Below are positions 10,761 to 22,600 of a stretch of 30,950 nt of DNA, piece after piece; within the stretch, counting starts at the first letter, position 1, and the number at the start of each line of letters is the position of its first letter. The notes below the pieces were generated by a model. It searched no databases. It was not told the origin of the DNA and saw only the letters and a list, made by a program, of their open reading frames with translations. Source of the stretch: Kudoa neothunni (taxonomy: Eukaryota; Animalia; Cnidaria); the NCBI GenBank assembly GCA_964304625.1, contig OZ199839.1, positions 8,185,410 through 8,216,359 of the forward strand, read 5' to 3'. The position numbers and the translations under genes are program-made.

Positions 10761-13019
10761 TTATTTCTTTGTCAAAACCAAGAAAACAATAGCAAAAACC
10801 ATCAATGCTATTAAAACACCACCAACAATCAACCTAAATCATCATTAGAACTGTATGGAAACAGATAATAGTACAGAATTTTGGTTCCACCAACATTAGC
10901 GCTAAATTAAAGTTAATGGTTAATTGAATACTCTAACATAAAACTATCTTACCTATTCGGAGTGCCTAAAAAGGATTATAATTAATAGTTATTTAATAAA
11001 ATTTACCTTGTTTACCAGTTTCTGGAAAGTTTGGATCAAAATCATCCTCATTTCTTCCAGCCCAAAGGCTCACAACGATCGGCTCACTAACGTATCTGGC
11101 CTGTACTTTCATTGAGCCCTTTCTGTAGGAAGCAGCGTTGTAAAAGGTTATTTCTTGGTTGCATTTCCCCTCCCATCCAGTAGTTTTATCATATAATCCG
11201 TAAGTATATTTGACAACTCCATCTACTATTTGGGCAAATGTATAATCACAAATTTGGTCTGGATCCATCTGTTCCATTGTCGTTGTGACTATCAAATCGG
11301 TGTTATTCCACGTGTGGGTAACATTGATTTTTTGAAGCATTGCAACTTAATAAATGTTATTGAGAGATTAATATTGTACATTACTTGTCGATACTGTCAC
11401 CTTGTTTTTATCAAGGTCACTAACGTACTTTCCAAATAAATATTTAAATTCGTATTCAGTATCGTGAAAAAGGTTTTTAATAGTGAGTGGTTGTCCACAT
11501 AAACCTGAACAATCAACCGATTCTTCGCATTCAGATGGGCTGAAAGCAGTTTCGCCCACCATTTTTTGTTGAATTTTACAGTATACTCTGTCAAACAGAG
11601 CCACGTTCGGTGCTACAGTCATTTTTACGTGCTCGTAATATGCTTTAATCTCAGGCAATTGCGTTATATTGTAGTCAGCTTAATTAAATTTTAGATAAAT
11701 TAATTTTTATTTATTACCTGTTTTAAATAGCTTCTCTGCAATATATGTTTTAGAATTGTCACCGTTTTTTGTGTAAGTCACTTTGACGATATATTTTGTA
11801 TTTGGCTCAAGATCAAGAATAGTAGCATTAGAACAATCAGTTGGGCATGCTTTAGTTGAATCGGCATTGCATTTCACACCAATATTGAATTTAGAGAATT
11901 CCTTCTTTCTCAACTCAATGGCACAAGTTGCAGTTCCCAAATCATCTATAAGAGCGTTGATAGAAAGAGTTGCATTGGTTTCTTTTGATGCTACGCTTAG
12001 GTTACTTTTTTCAACTAATTGATATTTAAATAAAATTATTTAAACAAGGATTTTACTTCTTAGAGTTTTCTCTGCTCCTGTATGATTTCTAGTCGATATT
12101 CTAACTTTAAAATCTTTATCGTCGCTAGTAAATGTTAAATCCATTACAACGTCAGTGCAAAGTTGATAACATTTATCGCTACTCGAGGGGGCCGAGCATT
12201 CTGATGTGTAAGTAGTATCATCCTTTTTTTTTATTTCAAATTTGCACACTTCATCCTTCAAGTCCTCATCAAAAACAATTTTTATTTTACTAGTTCCACC
12301 ATTGACTTTTTCAATGTGATACGTAAGTTTGTCCAATGGACTGAATTCCATGACCTTGTTATTTTTTCTATACATAAGTATTTTTGGCTGATTGACTCCA
12401 CAAGAGAGTTCTACTGAATCATCGATTGAATCAAAAAATCCGGTGAGCTTGGTTTCAGCGTCGCATTCGGTGTCAGCGGTCGGAGTGAACTGATCCAGGA
12501 CTTTGTCACCACTTGTTAGTTTACAAGTTTGAGGATGACTGCAGACATTTTTAGTGGTGAATTCTATTGAGGTTTCGTTTACTTTAAATTGAGTTTGAGG
12601 GATAGTGTCAGTGACTACAAGAAAATTAGGGGAAAATTTCTAAAAATTGAATTACTATGGATTATTTTAAGAGTTTCAGTTGCATATTCGGATCTTATCT
12701 GTACATAATAAAATGGAAACGCAGCTCCAGTTGGAATAGTGTATTTTCCGACACAAGGGACATCCTTAAGTTGTTTTCCTTCAGATTCACTCCCAATATA
12801 GTGATAGAAAAATTCGTTTCTTTCCAACAATTGAACGTTGCATTTGCTTCCAGAAACTCCTTCAAGTTTTAGGTGGATTGTATCCTCTAATTCGGTTTGA
12901 TCTCGTTGAACGTAGTATTTGTGTGAGTGGGCTAAATATATCTATTATAGATAATCCCACTCCCGACTTATTTTACCATTGTAGCAGAGAGAAATGATTA
13001 ACAATGCAATGACCAACAT
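10761..13019 (-). CDS. Surface protein paralog A: signal peptide, ~6 Cys-containing FN3/Ig-like modules, C-terminal TM (9 exons)
   Basis: Signal exon MLVIALLIISLCYNA. GT-AG introns of ~39-51 nt, phase 1 between domain exons. FN3-like motifs ILDLEPNTKYIVKV and IKNLFHDTEYEFKY. Micro-exons of 13 and 27 nt lead to LLIVGGVLIALMVFAIVFLVLTKK*. Confidence 0.8.
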
Positions 13020-13660
13020 TTTTGGTTCTTAATTATAACGGCGTTATTAATTTTAATAATAATTATACAAATGAATAACTCTAGATGACAATAGGTACGA
13101 AACTGTGTAATTGAAGCACGAACTATAAGACTGAATAACATTTCAACAATACAATTGAGAGCCGATAAATAGCATTAAAACGAAAACTACAAACTTTTCT
13201 ACTTTATTAATTATGTCATAAAAAAACAAACATATTAAAGTACAAATGCTTCACCTAGATAAAAAAAGATATTTGTTGTTAATTCATGATCAATTACACT
13301 TCCATCTACCTATTAAGAAATCAAATGTACACTTAATAATCCTTTAAAAATTATAAAAGTACAAATTAAGATAATTATTTCTATTGTCATAGCTTTAACA
13401 TAATAACATTAATTTCTGTTTCATAAAAATATTCAGTTTAATAAAAAATCAATCTATGATGCTTACAAATAATATTTTCCATTATTATTCAGACAAAAAT
13501 TAATTTAATATTTTTTTAATTAGTGTAAAAAATAATATTACATTGAAAAAAAGAGACAATACTATAGATACGAAAGATAAATTCAAAAAATGTATTAACT
13601 ATCTCATTGATAGCTAAAAAATAAGGTAACCTAAAATTAAAGAGTTTATAATAAGTATTT

Positions 13661-15672
13661 TTAGGTGCTTGTAGGAGTAGCAGTTGTTTCAGTTGTCGAT
13701 GCAGTCACAGCTTCTGGGTCTGTGATAAAGAGTTCCAACTCAACTGGCTCACCGTCATATCTGCGTTGGACTATCACTGTGGCTGATTTGTACTCAGGGA
13801 CATCAAAAAAGGTGATTTTGGAGTTGCATGGTTCATTCCAGCCGTTTGTTTGGTCGTGTACAGCAAGTAGTTTTGTTTCCTTTCCTTCAGTTTTTTCCAC
13901 AAAGGTAAAGTTGCAAATTCCATCATTCCTACCTTGCACCTTTACTGTTATCTCCAAATCATTTTCCGTCCATTTATATTCAAGCTCCACCTTCTTGAAT
14001 AAAGACTCTAAAAGTTTTTCGATCTTAAATTTACAAATATTGAATAACCTGTTCGAACGCTTTTCGTTAGAGCGTCGGTCTCCACATAGAAACTCAATGG
14101 AACAGCTTTAAATTTATATTCGGTATCCGGTTTCAACCTGGTGATGGTAAATGTTGAGGTGCACAACCCCAAGCAGTTGTGTGATTCTTCACACACTGAT
14201 CGAACAAAATCCTGGTTGCCATTTAATGCTTGCATTATTACGCACTCTGCTTGATAACCTTCATGTTCTACTTGTTGTGGAATAATAACCACATTTTGAG
14301 GGTATGTTGTAATTTCAGCGGTAACGTCACCAATTTTAGCTATTATTAATATTGATAATTGCTATAAAATAAATTCATTTACCTGTTTTAAAAATTTTAT
14401 TTATGTGCACTGCAGCCTCACCACTTGAAGTTCTATATTGTACGCTGACAATATATTTTGTATCAGCCACAAGTTTTAATATAGTTATATTAGCATTACA
14501 TGTTACAAAATTAGTATACGCTTGTAATCCTACAAGTTTTGGGTCTACTTTTACGTAGTTAGCTTGTAAATATAGTTCAATCTTGCATTGAGCACTCCCC
14601 ACATGAAGTGCGGCAACCCCTAAAGTAGCTTTATACTTCCCTATCTCCTTTATTTCAATATCATTTTTTTCAGCTATTAGAAAATTAAAGTGATTTCAAT
14701 AGTAATAAAATACTTGACATCAACAGCGTTTCGGTTTCTGTGCCTCTGGTGGATATTTTCACTTTAAATATTTTGTCAGAGTTAGCAGTGTAATCCAATT
14801 GCATGGTAACATTTTGGCACATTTGGTAACAGGCACCATCATTAGTGACTTCGCATTTAGATTCTAAAGTACTCTCCTTTTTAGCGATTTCAAATTTACA
14901 AATTGTATCGGGAATGGGTTCATCGAATATGATGTTCATTTTGTTTTCGGCAGTATTATTTTTGATTCTCACAGGAAATCTTTTCAGTAGGTTTGCTTTG
15001 TTATTTAGTAACATATTTTTATCAAAGAAAAGTTTTGGATTGTGAGGTCCGCAGTAGAGTTCAAGCGGTTTATTGTAAATATTGTAATAACTGCTCAGCA
15101 AGTATTCATCACCACATCGAGGCTGTGAATCAATAGTGTAACTCTTAACGGTAAACTGTCCAGATCTAATCTGACAAACGAAAGGCGACTCTTCGCACAG
15201 ATGCTTGGTGATAAAGATCACACTTGAATCATCAAAGTGGTATGAGGAGAAAGGAGCAGATGAAGTGGCTAGAGAACAGTATCACTTAAAAATATGACTC
15301 ACCATGAATATACTGTGAACAACTTTGAGGTAGTCTGTTTTAGCCTTTGAGGCTATTTGAAGAAAATGATGAGGAGCGATGTGGTCGGTGTGAATAGTGT
15401 ACTCTCCGCTGCAGGCAACTTCACAAATATTTCGACCCCCACAATTAACATCTCGATAAAAATAAGAAGTCTCATCTTTGGCGAATAATTTGATGCGACA
15501 AAGATGGGTTGGATTTCCTTCTAAGTTCAGGTGAATGACATTCTTATGCAGTTCATTGTTTCTCACGATATAATACCTATGAAGTTGGACTACGCCCGGA
15601 ATTACGTATAAACCAATATTGAATTAGGTTACCTGTATAAAATAGCGTAAAGCATAAAAAAACTAATTTCAT
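13661..15672 (-). CDS. Surface/secreted protein paralog B: same exon and domain layout, Ser/Thr-rich tail, 3' end uncertain
   Basis: Signal MKLVFLCFTLFYTV. Six exons colinear with paralog A and with the same intron positions. Motifs ILKLVADTKYIVSV and ITRLKPDTEYKFKA. The last exon reads through to VTASTTETTATPTST* at 13661. Confidence 0.78.
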
Positions 15673-17454
15673 AATTTTGTACTATCGTCGATGATGAATA
15701 ATAAATTCAATAAGGATTAACGAAATTAATAATGTCAGTTAGAAAGCTGAATTAAGTTAATTGAATACGAGTGGTCTAGACTAAAAAATGTTTATTAAAA
15801 ATTGCAAGACCTTTTTTATCACAAAATATTTCAACTTTGTTCTTAAATCATTACAACATTAATTCAGCCTCAAGTTTTATTTTTTTTAATTTATTATTTT
15901 AATGAATATACAAAATTCAACATTTCATACTTATTAAAATTTACTAATTATATTAAGAGTAAAAACTTAGATATTTCGGTTAATAATATGAATGGAATAA
16001 ATACAATTGCTTCAAATGAATTGACGGTGTTATTCATTACGAGAAAATGCTTGCCGAAACGAAGTTAAGCTTAATTTATGGTTAACAAAATAACTTAGTC
16101 AAGAGAAGTAAGAAGAACGAACTATAACCTTCAATTACACTATAGCTAAAAATAAATATTAATTTTTCTAACGTTCGTCAAAATGTAGTCTATGCTAAAT
16201 TATTTAATATAAATTAATGAAATAACAAGTTATTATATAGTTTTAGTTATTTTAATTAAAAGTAATAACCTTAAATAAACAATATTATACAATCGTCATT
16301 ATTGATGGTAAAATGCTTCTAAAAATTAGTAAAAATAAAAATATATATACTTAAATAAGTTTATTATGTGTCTAAAAAAAATTTCTAGTTTTCTACTCAC
16401 CAATTTTCCAATAATCTCATTCGGCCTACTTAAATGGTTCGCCTCATAAATTCGCGCTTATTCTGACTTAAGTAGCAACATTTCTGATCAAATGAACTAG
16501 GTTGATTCATTTTAATTATATATTTTGAAATAAACACAAAGTTATATAATACAATAATGAAATAATCTTAGAAAATATTGTATAAAGTGAGTAATGGCTG
16601 TGTTCATAGACCTGCACGTGATCAAAAAAATTAATTCCACTGTGAAAATGTCTATTTGCACCAGGCGCGTACGGTGGCCAATTACTCTGGGTATGCAGCG
16701 AAGGGATTATAATATAAATCAAAACGTTCCTAAAATTTCAACCATTTTTTTCAACATAAAACGGTCGCAATATATATTTTTATCATTATATACGTAAATT
16801 CCGATTAATATTTTAGCTTTAATATAATTATCTAGAGAATTAATCGATTTGAAAACGAGAAAAATGTTTTTTAAACAAGACATGAATTAATCAACAAAAT
16901 TTCGGTTAAAATCCATCATTTTCTGTTTATTCGAGCATAATTTCTAAACTCTATCAGTGTTAAACTTATTAACCATCTCGAATTTGTAACCACGTGGAAA
17001 CCGCCAGGGAGCACACAAACTCGACATTAATTTAAGTCATCATAACATATATTATTAGTATGTAATACAACTTTAAATATATTCTATATCAATTTTTGTT
17101 ATAAATGTTCACAATTGAGAAACTTTAGCTTATTTGACAGAAATTCCTCGATTTAGAAAAATATAATATTATAAAAGTTATATCATTAATAGGTTAAAAA
17201 CATTAAGAGTTCATGATTAACTTCTTAATTTAAAGAACATACATTTTTTAAATAAACTAGACCTAACGTAGCAAATATGATATATGAGATGCGTACTTAA
17301 TTATAATTAACGTTTCCAGTAGAAATTTTTAAATATATATGCCCACAAAAATTGTAAAAACTAAAAAATGACTCTCCTTTTAAAAATGATATTCGTTTGT
17401 AAGTCTATCAAAAATAATTTGTGGGTTGTAACAGTAATTCAATGGAAGCCTAAA

Positions 17455-17690
17455 AATGATCCGCGCATGCGCGACATGAACCAGAGATTGTGTAGTCGGG
17501 CCCAAATTACTTGCCCTTCGATGGGTTCCGGAAATTCAAACTCCTATTCATGCTCACCCCACTCCACAACGAACGTACACTTTAACCACAGCTCCCAAAT
17601 ATGGGATAGAGACCCGCCGGCGAATTCGAACTCATTACCTCATGGTTCTGAGTCCGAGTGTCACACCGATGTGCCGTCACGAAGAATCGC
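17455..17690 (-). mobile_element. tRNA-derived SINE-like element or Pol III ncRNA
   Basis: GC-rich island. The minus strand has an A-box-like GACGGCACATCGGT (~17678-17665), an anticodon-like GGACTCAGAACC and a B-box GAGTTCGAATTC (17633-17622), followed by ~160 nt of non-tRNA body. Confidence 0.6.
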
Positions 17691-17960
17691 TGTATCACGT
17701 ACGAGACCTGTATGCGCAAGCGTACTGATTTTTTTTCTGAAATATTTAGGTTATTTTAATCACTATTTTGTGCACACATAACTGAAATAAAATAAATTTT
17801 GAGAGTATTGCGTCTATTTTTATATTGGGCGAATCGATAGTCTATTCGTGATCTAAAAAAATTCGAAAGAAATTATGAAATTGCGAAAAATACAAATAAA
17901 TAGTAACAACTATTGTTATGAAATAAAATGTATTTTTATTGTTTCTAATTTGTTGGACTC

Positions 17961-18935
17961 TAGTATCTCACTACGAATTCACGTTATCCAATTTATAAAT
18001 ATTTTAGAAAAATCAAATTTTTGGTGCCGTTCTTGAATCGATTATAATATTGTGAACCTCCTTTCCGACATTAAAAATACCTTCGACTCGATTCGAATTT
18101 CTTTGTCTTAGTAACTTAAATAGGTCTACTTAATATTCGAGAGCTTGATTAAATGAAATTGATGGATTCACAATCTCCGATTAACCTTCATCAGATGTAT
18201 TGTTATCATCTGTTTCATTGTTTCCACATCCTTAATTATTTTTTTAACGTCTGTTTAAAACATTCTCAGATGACCACTTTTAAGAACATCATGAAGTTTC
18301 TCATTCCATTCTAAGATTGTTCCAGCAGGAAAGCTTCCAGCTTCCAGCTTCAACATGAAACATAACATATTTTAATTTAACTTGGTCTTTAAATCCTTTA
18401 AAACTTCTACAGTTAGCATGATCGCTATTATTGTTACATTCTTTTGGAGTGAATCTTCTCGCCATTGTAATGGTATTATCAGTGTAAATAAACCACCATT
18501 CACTCTTACTTAAAATATCCATTTATAGATTTTATCCTCAACGTCACGATAGAGATCTTATTTAAAGTTTTTCGATAATTTTTCTAAAATCCTAAACCTC
18601 CTGATTTAAAAATTACATCTTTTATTAGATTCCCATTCAATGTTGACATTCTTTTCAGGCCATACTTATCCAGACTTATTTTTTTAAATTTCTCAACTCG
18701 TGTACTAAATCGTAACAATGAATTATTTTATATTTCTCAGAAAAGCTTTTGTAATTTTGCGGTTGGAAAGATTTTATTATTTCCGCGATTACGCACTAAG
18801 CATAAAAAGTGTACTTTCAGGTACAATTTCCATTACGTAAAATCACTACACTACGTACGAGCCATGTTTTTGATTTCTTCTTTTTACGGTAATCAATATT
18901 TTTATCTTTATTTATCTCGTAGTTAAGGTATTCAA
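17961..18935 (-). mobile_element. Internally deleted Tigger/pogo relic
   Basis: Fragments ..WKLSCWNNL.. and DNNTSDEG*SEIVNPSISFNQALEY..LLRQRNS..TAPKI*F resemble the Tigger transposase C-terminus. The degenerate inverted ends TAGTATCTCACTACGAATT and TCTCGTAGTTAAGGTAT share ACTACGA with the end of the 8.5-10.5 kb relic. Confidence 0.45.
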
Positions 18936-19200
18936 GTTTAGTTTTGTGTAAAAAAAGTGGCGATTACGTACGACACCTGTTACATACGAGCCCTATCGCA
19001 CAGTATTTAACAAAATAAAGATTGTTCCAATAGTATATAAAATAATTATACATCAATTAAATTCGTATCATTTTTCCTTATTTTTTTAATTAGACTTATC
19101 TATACCTAATCGTGCAAGGCATATGTAAATATATGAATAAAAACTTACCTATCGGCTTATTAAAATTTAAATTATCTTAAAATTGTACATTTAATATCCT

Positions 19201-19235
19201 ACACATTTTTCCACACATTTTTCCACATATTTTTC
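19201..19235. repeat. Short tandem repeat, ~3 x 12-bp (CCACACATTTTT)
   Basis: acacattttt-ccacacattttt-ccacatattttt. Confidence 0.7.
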
Positions 19236-19647
19236 AAGCGAAAAATATTTCTTACCTTGAGAGGATATAAAATAAAGTAGAAAAATATAGGAAATGATAA
19301 GTACCAAAATCTTTTTTGTTATCATTATTTACTTTCTATTAAAAGCATTACAATATGTTAATTTCGACAAAAAAATTAAATTTCTATGGATAGTTAAAGA
19401 TAGTAACAAAATATAAGAAGCGAAAAAATCCCTTCGTCATACTAGATAAATACAAATTTTCACCTTGTCGTAACTAGCTTCAAGGTACAACAAGTGGTAT
19501 CTATAGTAGGGGGCAATTGCGTAACGTAAAATCAATTGTATCACAGTTAAAATGACACCAAAACAAGAGAGGTGGTTAATCACGTGCTAAAGGATTAGAC
19601 TGTAACACCGAAGCGACTACGAGAATTGGATCCAAGGGTTGTGATTG

Positions 19648-22600
19648 ATGGGTTCATCTAAAACTGTGACATGGGCTCTAGTTTTGTACGATCATAGTAG
19701 AGGTAATAGATTTGATAATTTCAACGTATCAACCACTCATTGGAATAGGGAAAACTCAATTTGACTACGAGAACGATTACAACGATCCTCTACACTGGTA
19801 TAATGGGAATAATTTCCATTCGAAATTGGCTGTTGGAGAGATTAAACGAGATCAGCCCTCAGATGTTCCTGTGATATTTGATTATATAAAGAAACTTTCC
19901 AGTGATGAAATAAAGGTAACAACCACTGCATATGAATGAACAATAAATCCATTTTTATTCAATGTTTAAAGGACCAGGATCATTATTTGATTTTTGGGTT
20001 GGACCATTTGAGATACAGAGCAACAGAAAGTCAAATTAAATCAGCCTGTAAGTTATTTTCGTATGTTTCAATGAGCTAAATGTAAAACAGATAGGAAAGC
20101 TTGCTTGCTGTTTCATCCAGACAGACATCACGTTAAATATGAGTTACCACATTCGCAATTTGTTCACATAACCAGAGCGTACGAGGTGTTATCGGATCCA
20201 GAGAAACGACAAAGCTATGATAGTGTTGATGGTGAGGTGGATGATTCGATACCGGAATCAACTGATGTCACTAATGATGGAGATTTCTATGAGATTTTTG
20301 GTCGAGCATTTTATCGTAACGCAAGGTAATATGACTTTATATATTAGCCAATTTCATCAATTTAATCGTGCTATCCAACAGATGGTCGGTGGAGCAACCG
20401 GTGCCTTTGCTTGGTAATGAAAACAGTTCCTACGAGCACGCTCAAAAGTTTTATGTATTTTGGTAGTTTCCTTATTGATTAAATAGAAATTATTATTTAT
20501 TTATTTATCAAGGAAAAATTTCCGTTCCAAGCGAGAATTTTCTCATCTAGATGAACAGCCTGTAGAGAGTGGAGATTGGTATGTTGTATTATTCGCATGT
20601 ATTGTAGTAATATCTCCGTAGTCGAGAGGAGAGGCGTTACCTAACAAAGTTGAATAAGAAACAACGTGAAGAGCACAAGAAAAATGAAACCAAACGAATA
20701 AGACAGCTCGTTGGTAATCACTACGGTGTTTTAACTCTATTATATTTGTTGTATTGTTAGAAAATTGTCGTTCGTGTGATCCCAGAATAGAAAGATATAC
20801 GCAGATCAAGACGGAGAGAGTTCGATTGGAGAAGGAGGAGAAAAAGAAGCGACTAAAAATGAAAAAAGCAGCGAAGAATGGCTTCCACAAGGAGACTCCA
20901 CAAATAGCCAGTCCAGTTAAACAGCAAACTCCTCCTTCAACAGTGCCTTCTGTTGTTGAATCGGTTGTCGATAAGGAGAAAGTAGTTTCATGTTATTAAA
21001 ATTCTTAGCATATGTATTTTCTCAAGAAAGTCCAAGAGAAGCAGCGCAAACAACAACTAAAGAAACAATTGGATGAGCATAAAAACAAACTACGTGAACT
21101 TGTTGAGGTGAATTTTCAGTTTTTTATTTGTTATTAATCTTATCTGCTCAATAGAAACATAATTATTTTGTTAAATCTACTGAAAGCAGTGATGAAAAGT
21201 TGAATAATATTGATCAATTCGACAAATTTATCAGAATAATCAAACTTTCAGAGTAAATTAAAATTAATAATCTTTCTATCTACTACTAATCAAATACAGT
21301 ATCGAAGAATTGAATTCGCAATTGGAAAAATTAAACATAGATTTCGATGCTTGTGAAAATGTTTACAGACAAACAGTAATTGATTTAGCTCTCTTTTGAA
21401 TTTTTTATTCAATTTAAACCAGTTGAGTTCCTATTATGACAATGCTTCTGGCACGAAAGCCGAAACAAAAAATGCCACCGTCGCAGCCCCTGTTACCTCG
21501 ACTACTCAAACATCAAACAACCAACCAATTCAATCCACCTCCACCACCACTTCACAAAGTACATGGACAAAAGAGAGACTTGTTGTGCTTTTGAAAGCGA
21601 TGAAAACGTATCCAGCAGGCACCAGATCTAGGTTTTTACGTATTTGTCTTCATTTTTCAATTTTTTCGTTTTAGATACGAGATTGTCACTGATTATGTCA
21701 ATAAACACACAGGTTGTGATTTTAACGTCAAGCAAATCATTCAGCAAGCCAAAAAATTAACTGTCAATCAAGATACAAGTACTTATCTAATTAGTTATAT
21801 GTTAATGCTCCGAACGTGATCAAACATTGTCTATAACATTTAAATGCGCTTAAACATATAATTTGATGTAAATATCTACCATTTTTTAATAATGTGAAAC
21901 CTTTATGTTGGATTATACTATAATTAATTTTCTTTGTCACTTTTCGAAGTAAAAATCGATTAAGATACAAGTGCATACTTTTTATCTTGTCTTTTTTTAA
22001 TAAAATACAAAAATTAATTATATAAATAATTTGATATTAATCAATTTTCAATTAGATGTGGTTAAAATGGTAGCCGATCCAATTAATGGTGAAACTATAT
22101 CCGCTCCACCAGAAGTCAAACCTAAGGAGGTCGGCAAAGAACAGACGAATCCTACACCAGCTGAAAACTCGTCTAATTGTGAATGGTCGAGTGAAGAGCA
22201 AAAGGTAAATATTCATCATTATATCATTTCTTTAGCTGTTGAATGCGTTATTGGCGCAAAAAATTGTTAAATATGCTATAAAAGCTTTAAATTGACGCTT
22301 TTTCATGTACCACGTTTCCGCGCTAATAGGAGCCATTTTGATTTAATAAAAGACTTACCTCGAAAATAAGTCCTAGTGAGATTTTTAACGCTGTATTTAA
22401 AATAACAACTGTCTCGAAAATAAAACCTAGCAATATTTTTAGCTGGAATTTTAAATAATATACTTTAGTTACGACAGTAATGAATAATTATGTTTTTATG
22501 AAGATAATAACAATTTTTTGCAGAAAAAAACTTAATCTATACTACCTTTTTGGATAGTTATGTAGGAGTATAATCCTTTTGATTTCACTTCAGAAATATT

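Noticed and set aside
13665-14111. Antisense ORFs (this one and others, e.g. 20543-20890, 27853-28194, 29136-29345)
   Set aside because: They are shadows of real exons on the opposite strand.
17610-17690. Functional tRNA-Leu(CAG)
   Set aside because: The acceptor and T stems do not pair and there is no long variable arm.
17368-17781. 137-aa plus-strand ORF
   Set aside because: It overlaps the GC-rich SINE-like island on the antisense strand, has no protein motifs, and is explained by low stop-codon frequency.
19201-19235. CRISPR-like or telomeric array
   Set aside because: It is a simple 12-bp tandem repeat without spacers in eukaryotic DNA.
19552-19640. Upstream ATG or exons for DNAJC2, or a reassigned stop codon
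   Set aside because: Those splice paths hit stops. The ATG at 19648 gives a clean frame, and all conserved exons read with the standard code.
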